This document shows, piece after piece, positions 60,365 to 64,000 of a stretch of DNA of 64,000 nt. Both the position numbers and the translations under genes were made by a program. The notes below the pieces were generated by a model. It had not been told where the DNA came from and made no database searches. It saw only the letters and a program-made list of their open reading frames with translations. Position 1 is the stretch's first letter. The number at the start of each line of letters is the position of its first letter. Source of the stretch: an uncultured Gemmatimonadales bacterium (GTDB taxonomy: Bacteria > Gemmatimonadota > Gemmatimonadetes > Gemmatimonadales > GWC2-71-9); contig CAWHMT010000004.1 of assembly GCA_963830455.1 (NCBI GenBank), positions 434,644-498,643 of the forward strand. The letters are read 5' to 3'.

Positions 60365-61321
60365 ATGAGACCGCGCGCCCACACCCGTCGCGACCCGCTA
60401 CCAACTCTGCGCCCCAAGGCCGCCGAGGACAATCACTCGGCTCCGGACCGCGTTCGGGCCATCCTAAAGAGTCCGAGCTATCTCGAGGCGGACCAGGATG
60501 TGGAGTTCCTCGATCGCTCCGAGGTGCGTGGCCTGCGGCTGCAGCTCGACTACGCGAAGGCGGAGCTACTGCTCGAGGAGCACGACATCCGCTCCACGAT
60601 TGTGGTGTTAGGCAGCACGCGGATCCTGGAGCCGGCCGCGGCGCGCCGCCGCGTCGAAGCGCTGCGTGCCGCATTGACGGATGACCCCGCCAACCCCGAG
60701 CTCGTCCGGCGGCTCGCGGTGGCGGAGCGGATCCTGGCGAAGAGTCACTATTACGACATGGCGCGGGAATTCGCGCGCCTGGTGAGTGCAGGATCGCCGG
60801 AACTGCCGGAATATCGCCCCGCCATTGTCACGGGCGGCGGTCCCGGGATCATGGAGGCAGCGAACCGCGGCGCGGACGATGTGCACGCCAAGTCCATCGG
60901 GCTCAACATCACGTTGCCGCACGAGCAGTACCCGAACCCGTACATCACCGCTGACCTGTGCTTCCGCTTCCACTATTTCGCGGTGCGCAAGATGCATCTG
61001 CTGCTCAGGGCGACGGCCCTGGTCGCGTTCCCGGGCGGATATGGCACACTGGACGAGCTGTTCGAAACGCTCGACCTGGTGCAGTCAGGGAAGCTCGCGC
61101 CGCTGCCGCTCGTGCTCGTGGGAGAGGGCTATTGGCGCAAGGTGCTGGATATGCAGTTCCTGCTCGACGAAGGCGTGATCGAGCGGGAGGATCTTGAGTC
61201 GTTCTGGTTCGCCGAGACCGCGCAGGAAATCTGGGACGGGATCGTGCACTGGCATGCTCTCCACTCCAGCCTTCGAGCCGATCTCAGCATTGCTTCACCA
61301 GCGGGACGTCAGTCTGTATAG
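60365..61321 (+). CDS. LOG-family (TIGR00730/PpnN-like) nucleotide 5'-monophosphate nucleosidase
   Basis: TGGGPGIMEAANRGA and FPGGYGTLDELFE (PGGxGTxxE) motifs. Long N-terminal extension. Confidence 0.8.
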   Translation: MRPRAHTRRDPLPTLRPKAAEDNHSAPDRVRAILKSPSYLEADQDVEFLDRSEVRGLRLQLDYAKAELLLEEHDIRSTIVVLGSTRILEPAAARRRVEALRAALTDDPANPELVRRLAVAERILAKSHYYDMAREFARLVSAGSPELPEYRPAIVTGGGPGIMEAANRGADDVHAKSIGLNITLPHEQYPNPYITADLCFRFHYFAVRKMHLLLRATALVAFPGGYGTLDELFETLDLVQSGKLAPLPLVLVGEGYWRKVLDMQFLLDEGVIEREDLESFWFAETAQEIWDGIVHWHALHSSLRADLSIASPAGRQSV

Positions 61322-61338
61322 AGAAAGGGCGGGACACC

Positions 61339-61887
61339 ATGGTAACGGTACGCGACCTGATGAGCAGCGACCTCGTCACCGTCAGCCCGGAGCTCACGCT
61401 CCGTGACGCCATCGAGCTCCTGACCGCGCGCCACATCGGCGGCGCGCCCGTGGTGGCGGGCAGCCGTCTCCTGGGCGTATTCGCGGCGAGCGACGCGCTC
61501 GCCTTCGAGGCGGTTACGCCGGGCGTGCCGATGGAGCGGCCTGAGCAGCTCGAGTCGGAGCTGGAGATTCCCACCGAGTGGGAAGTGGAGGGAAGCGAGC
61601 CGCCGGCGGCGTTCTTCACGGACATGTGGATTGATACCGGGGAAGACGTTGCGGAGCGCTTTCAACATTCGCGTCCGGAGTGGGACGCGCTGCAGGAACA
61701 CACGGTCGCGGAGGTCATGACACCCTCCGTTTATGCAGTGTCGCCAGAAACCGAACTCGCCGACGCGGCGCGGCGTATGGTCGGCCTCAAGATTCACCGC
61801 GTGCTGGTGCTGGAGGCCGGTAAGCTGGCGGGTATTCTCACGACAACCGATATCGTGCGCGCGGTCGCGGAACGACGCGTGACGTAG
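61339..61887 (+). CDS. CBS-domain pair protein with a ~60-aa acidic insert between the CBS motifs
   Basis: IGGAPVVAGSRLLGVFAASD ... insert PEQLESELEIPTEWEVEGSEPP... ... IHRVLVLEAGKLAGILTTTDI. Confidence 0.8.
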   Translation: MVTVRDLMSSDLVTVSPELTLRDAIELLTARHIGGAPVVAGSRLLGVFAASDALAFEAVTPGVPMERPEQLESELEIPTEWEVEGSEPPAAFFTDMWIDTGEDVAERFQHSRPEWDALQEHTVAEVMTPSVYAVSPETELADAARRMVGLKIHRVLVLEAGKLAGILTTTDIVRAVAERRVT

Positions 61888-61891
61888 CGCC

Positions 61892-63814
61892 ATGAACCAG
61901 CGGGAGCAGGCACCAGGGCCACGCGGGCCACGGCCGCAGCGGTTGCGACTGACAGTGATCTGGGTGCTCGCCCTGGCCACCGCGATAATGCTCTTCGGCT
62001 CCATTCGGGGGCGGGAGCGTCGCACCGAGATCACCTATTCGGACCTGATCCACGAGCTCGAGCGTGGCAACATCGCGACGGTCGAGATCAGCACCGAGGC
62101 GCGCCGAGTGGCCGGCGAATTCCGCACCAGCGTTCGCATCGCCGGGCATGACATGCTGAAGTTCCAGGCCAATCTCCCGTTCGACGATCCCGCGCCTCTG
62201 GTCGCCCGCCTCGAGGACAGTGGCGTTCCGATTCGCGCCGCCAAGACTGGTCCCTCCTGGCTCAACATCCTGCTGGGCATCCTGCCGTGGCTCGTGCTGG
62301 GTGGGTTCTGGTTCTTTCTTTCGCGCTCGGTGCGGCTGGGCGGCCAGCGGGCGATGGCGTTCGGTCAGATGGGCGGGCGGCGGCTGACCAGCGAGCAACC
62401 CAAGGTCACGTTCGCCGACGTGGCCGGGGCGGACGAAGCCAAAGCGGAGCTGCAGGAGGTGATCGATTTCCTGAAAGACCCCGCCAAGTTCCGCCAGGTG
62501 GGTGGCCGGATGCCCAAGGGCGTGCTGATCGTGGGGCCTCCGGGAACGGGCAAGACGCTGTTGGCGCGAGCGGTCGCGGGAGAGGCCGGCGTCGCCTTCT
62601 TCTCGATATCGGGATCGGACTTCGTGGAGCTGTTCGTCGGCGTCGGCGCCTCCCGGGTGCGCAGTCTGTTCGAGCAAGGAAAAGCAAACGCGCCCTGTAT
62701 CATTTTCATTGATGAGCTGGACGCCGTGGGGCGGCAGCGGGGCGTGAGCCTTGGCGGCGTGCACGAGGAGCGCGAGCAGACGCTCAACCAGCTGCTCGTC
62801 GAGCTGGACGGCTTCCAGCCGACGGAGGGGATCATCGTGCTGTCTGCGACGAACCGGCCCGATGTGCTCGATCCCGCCCTGCTGCGGCCGGGACGATTCG
62901 ACCGCCACATCATCGTGGAGCTCCCGGATATCCGGGCGCGCGAGCAGATCCTCGGCGTGCATGTGCGCAAGATCACGCTCGCCGAGGACGTCGATTTGGC
63001 GGCGATCGCGCGCGGTACACCGGGCCTCTCGGGGGCCGATCTCGCGAATCTCGTCAACGAAGCCGCGTTGTTCGCGGCGCGGCGCAACAAAGCCAGCGCA
63101 GACCGGCGCGATTTCGAAGACGCCAAAGACAAAGTGATGCTCGGTATGGAGCGGCGTAGTCTCGTGGTGTCGCCCGAAGACCGGCGGCTGGCGGCCTACC
63201 ACGAGGCGGGACACGCGCTCGTCAACCTCCTGATTCCGGGCCTCGACCCGGTGCAGAAGGTGACGATCGTGCCCCGCGGCCGAGCGCTTGGGATCACCTT
63301 CGCCCTTCCCGAAGAGGATCGCCGCAGCCACACGAAAGACTACATCCTGGGGCGGCTCGCGGTCGCCTATGGCGGGCGCGCGGCGGAGGAGCTGGTGTTC
63401 GGCGCCGAGTCGATCACCACGGGGGCGGCGAGCGACTTGCAGCAGGCCACCGAGCTCGCCCGGCGCATGGTCACGGAATTCGGGATGAGCGACGTCGTCG
63501 GTCCGATCACGGTGAACGAGCATCCCGAGCTGGCGCTGTTGGGCCGCGAGGTGGTGCAACGCCATGAGGTCTCACAGCACACCGCAGAGCTGGTGGATCG
63601 CGAAGTGCGCCGCATCGTGCGTGAAGCGTACGCCCGGGCCAGCGATGTGGTGCGGACACACCGGGCCACGTTGGACGCGCTCGCGAGCGCGCTCTTGGAG
63701 CGCGAGACGCTCGAGCGTGCGGAGATCGAGGCTATCGTCGCCGCAGAGCCAGGAGGGGCGTCGACGACATCACACATTCACGAGGTTCTACACTCAGGCA
63801 GGAGCACGACATGA
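61892..63814 (+). CDS. ftsH: ATP-dependent zinc metalloprotease FtsH
   Basis: Two N-terminal TMs. AAA+ Walker A GPPGTGKT, Walker [19 protein letters not shown] zinc motif. Confidence 0.95.
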   Translation: MNQREQAPGPRGPRPQRLRLTVIWVLALATAIMLFGSIRGRERRTEITYSDLIHELERGNIATVEISTEARRVAGEFRTSVRIAGHDMLKFQANLPFDDPAPLVARLEDSGVPIRAAKTGPSWLNILLGILPWLVLGGFWFFLSRSVRLGGQRAMAFGQMGGRRLTSEQPKVTFADVAGADEAKAELQEVIDFLKDPAKFRQVGGRMPKGVLIVGPPGTGKTLLARAVAGEAGVAFFSISGSDFVELFVGVGASRVRSLFEQGKANAPCIIFIDELDAVGRQRGVSLGGVHEEREQTLNQLLVELDGFQPTEGIIVLSATNRPDVLDPALLRPGRFDRHIIVELPDIRAREQILGVHVRKITLAEDVDLAAIARGTPGLSGADLANLVNEAALFAARRNKASADRRDFEDAKDKVMLGMERRSLVVSPEDRRLAAYHEAGHALVNLLIPGLDPVQKVTIVPRGRALGITFALPEEDRRSHTKDYILGRLAVAYGGRAAEELVFGAESITTGAASDLQQATELARRMVTEFGMSDVVGPITVNEHPELALLGREVVQRHEVSQHTAELVDREVRRIVREAYARASDVVRTHRATLDALASALLERETLERAEIEAIVAAEPGGASTTSHIHEVLHSGRSTT

Positions 63815-64000
63815 CGACGAAACAGAAGCTCGCGGCAGCGACGAAGCAGGCGAAACAGCGGCTGATCGAGGCGGCAGATGCCGCGCTCGTCGCGCAGGGC
63901 AAAGCGGCGCGGGCCCGGCAGCGCAAACGCGCCCGGAAGACGGCATTCAAGGCCGTGGCAAAGACGCTGGCGTTTGCGGGAGCGGCGACTGCGGCCGTGA
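63811..64000 (+). CDS. Hypothetical Lys/Ala-rich protein (5' part only, runs off window)
   Basis: ATGA overlap with the ftsH stop. [49 protein letters not shown]... Confidence 0.4.
   Translation, partial: MTTKQKLAAATKQAKQRLIEAADAALVAQGKAARARQRKRARKTAFKAVAKTLAFAGAATAAV

Noticed and set aside
61838-63565. 575-aa minus-strand ORF.
   Set aside because: It is antisense to FtsH, which has Walker A/B and HEAGH motifs.

Overview
High-GC (~68-70%) chromosomal segment from a diderm bacterium (Omp85/BamA-like, OmpA-like and lipoprotein genes). Gene content resembles Gemmatimonadota or Acidobacteriota, but I cannot verify taxonomy. I found no CRISPR array, IS element, integrase or prophage. Many long ORFs in the track are antisense or alternate-frame artefacts of the high GC content.

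Gene content, left to right:
- A MerR / receiver / AraC regulator trio, with a divergent 41-aa lipopeptide ORF.
- An orphan pseudopilin.
- REC-HD-GYP and MqnA/D-like genes.
- Two tandem glutamine synthetases (GSI-beta and GSI-alpha), with sigma70-like and sigma54-like promoter matches upstream.
- An Omp85 protein, a MarR/VOC pair and tRNA-Cys.
- A large secreted repeat protein and an OmpA/TSP3 protein.
- An eight-gene operon: SulP permease, HTH-EIIA protein, and a six-subunit hydrogenase-4-like complex. Its large subunit has lost all four NiFe cysteines (Ehr-type).
- A ~27-kb block with a low-oxygen/dormancy flavour: NirK, CBS proteins, a GAF kinase, an OmpR-type response regulator plus kinase co-transcribed with a ba3-type oxidase, USP, two P-type ATPases, a frameshifted ADP-forming acyl-CoA synthetase, an L,D-transpeptidase, DLH / cytochrome c / PRTase / erythromycin-esterase genes, an HPF-CSD fusion, Prs and a beta-CASP MBL hydrolase.
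- A MacAB-like ABC efflux set, then DedA, LOG, CBS and FtsH.

Most interesting signals:
- The SulP / EIIA / cysteine-less Ehr operon.
- An ~88-nt element present twice, with a 43-nt exact core, in two divergent promoter regions.
- AT-rich motifs (AAGATTCCTTCA, TCCTTAAGAT, CTTCCTGAnnnCTTCA, CATGAAG) confined to intergenic regions of the stress block.
- Three SD-preceded small ORFs below the ORF-track cutoff.
- A candidate 4.5S/SRP RNA hairpin.
- A 30-bp hairpin built from 8-mer repeats, ending 3 nt before the second glnA start codon.
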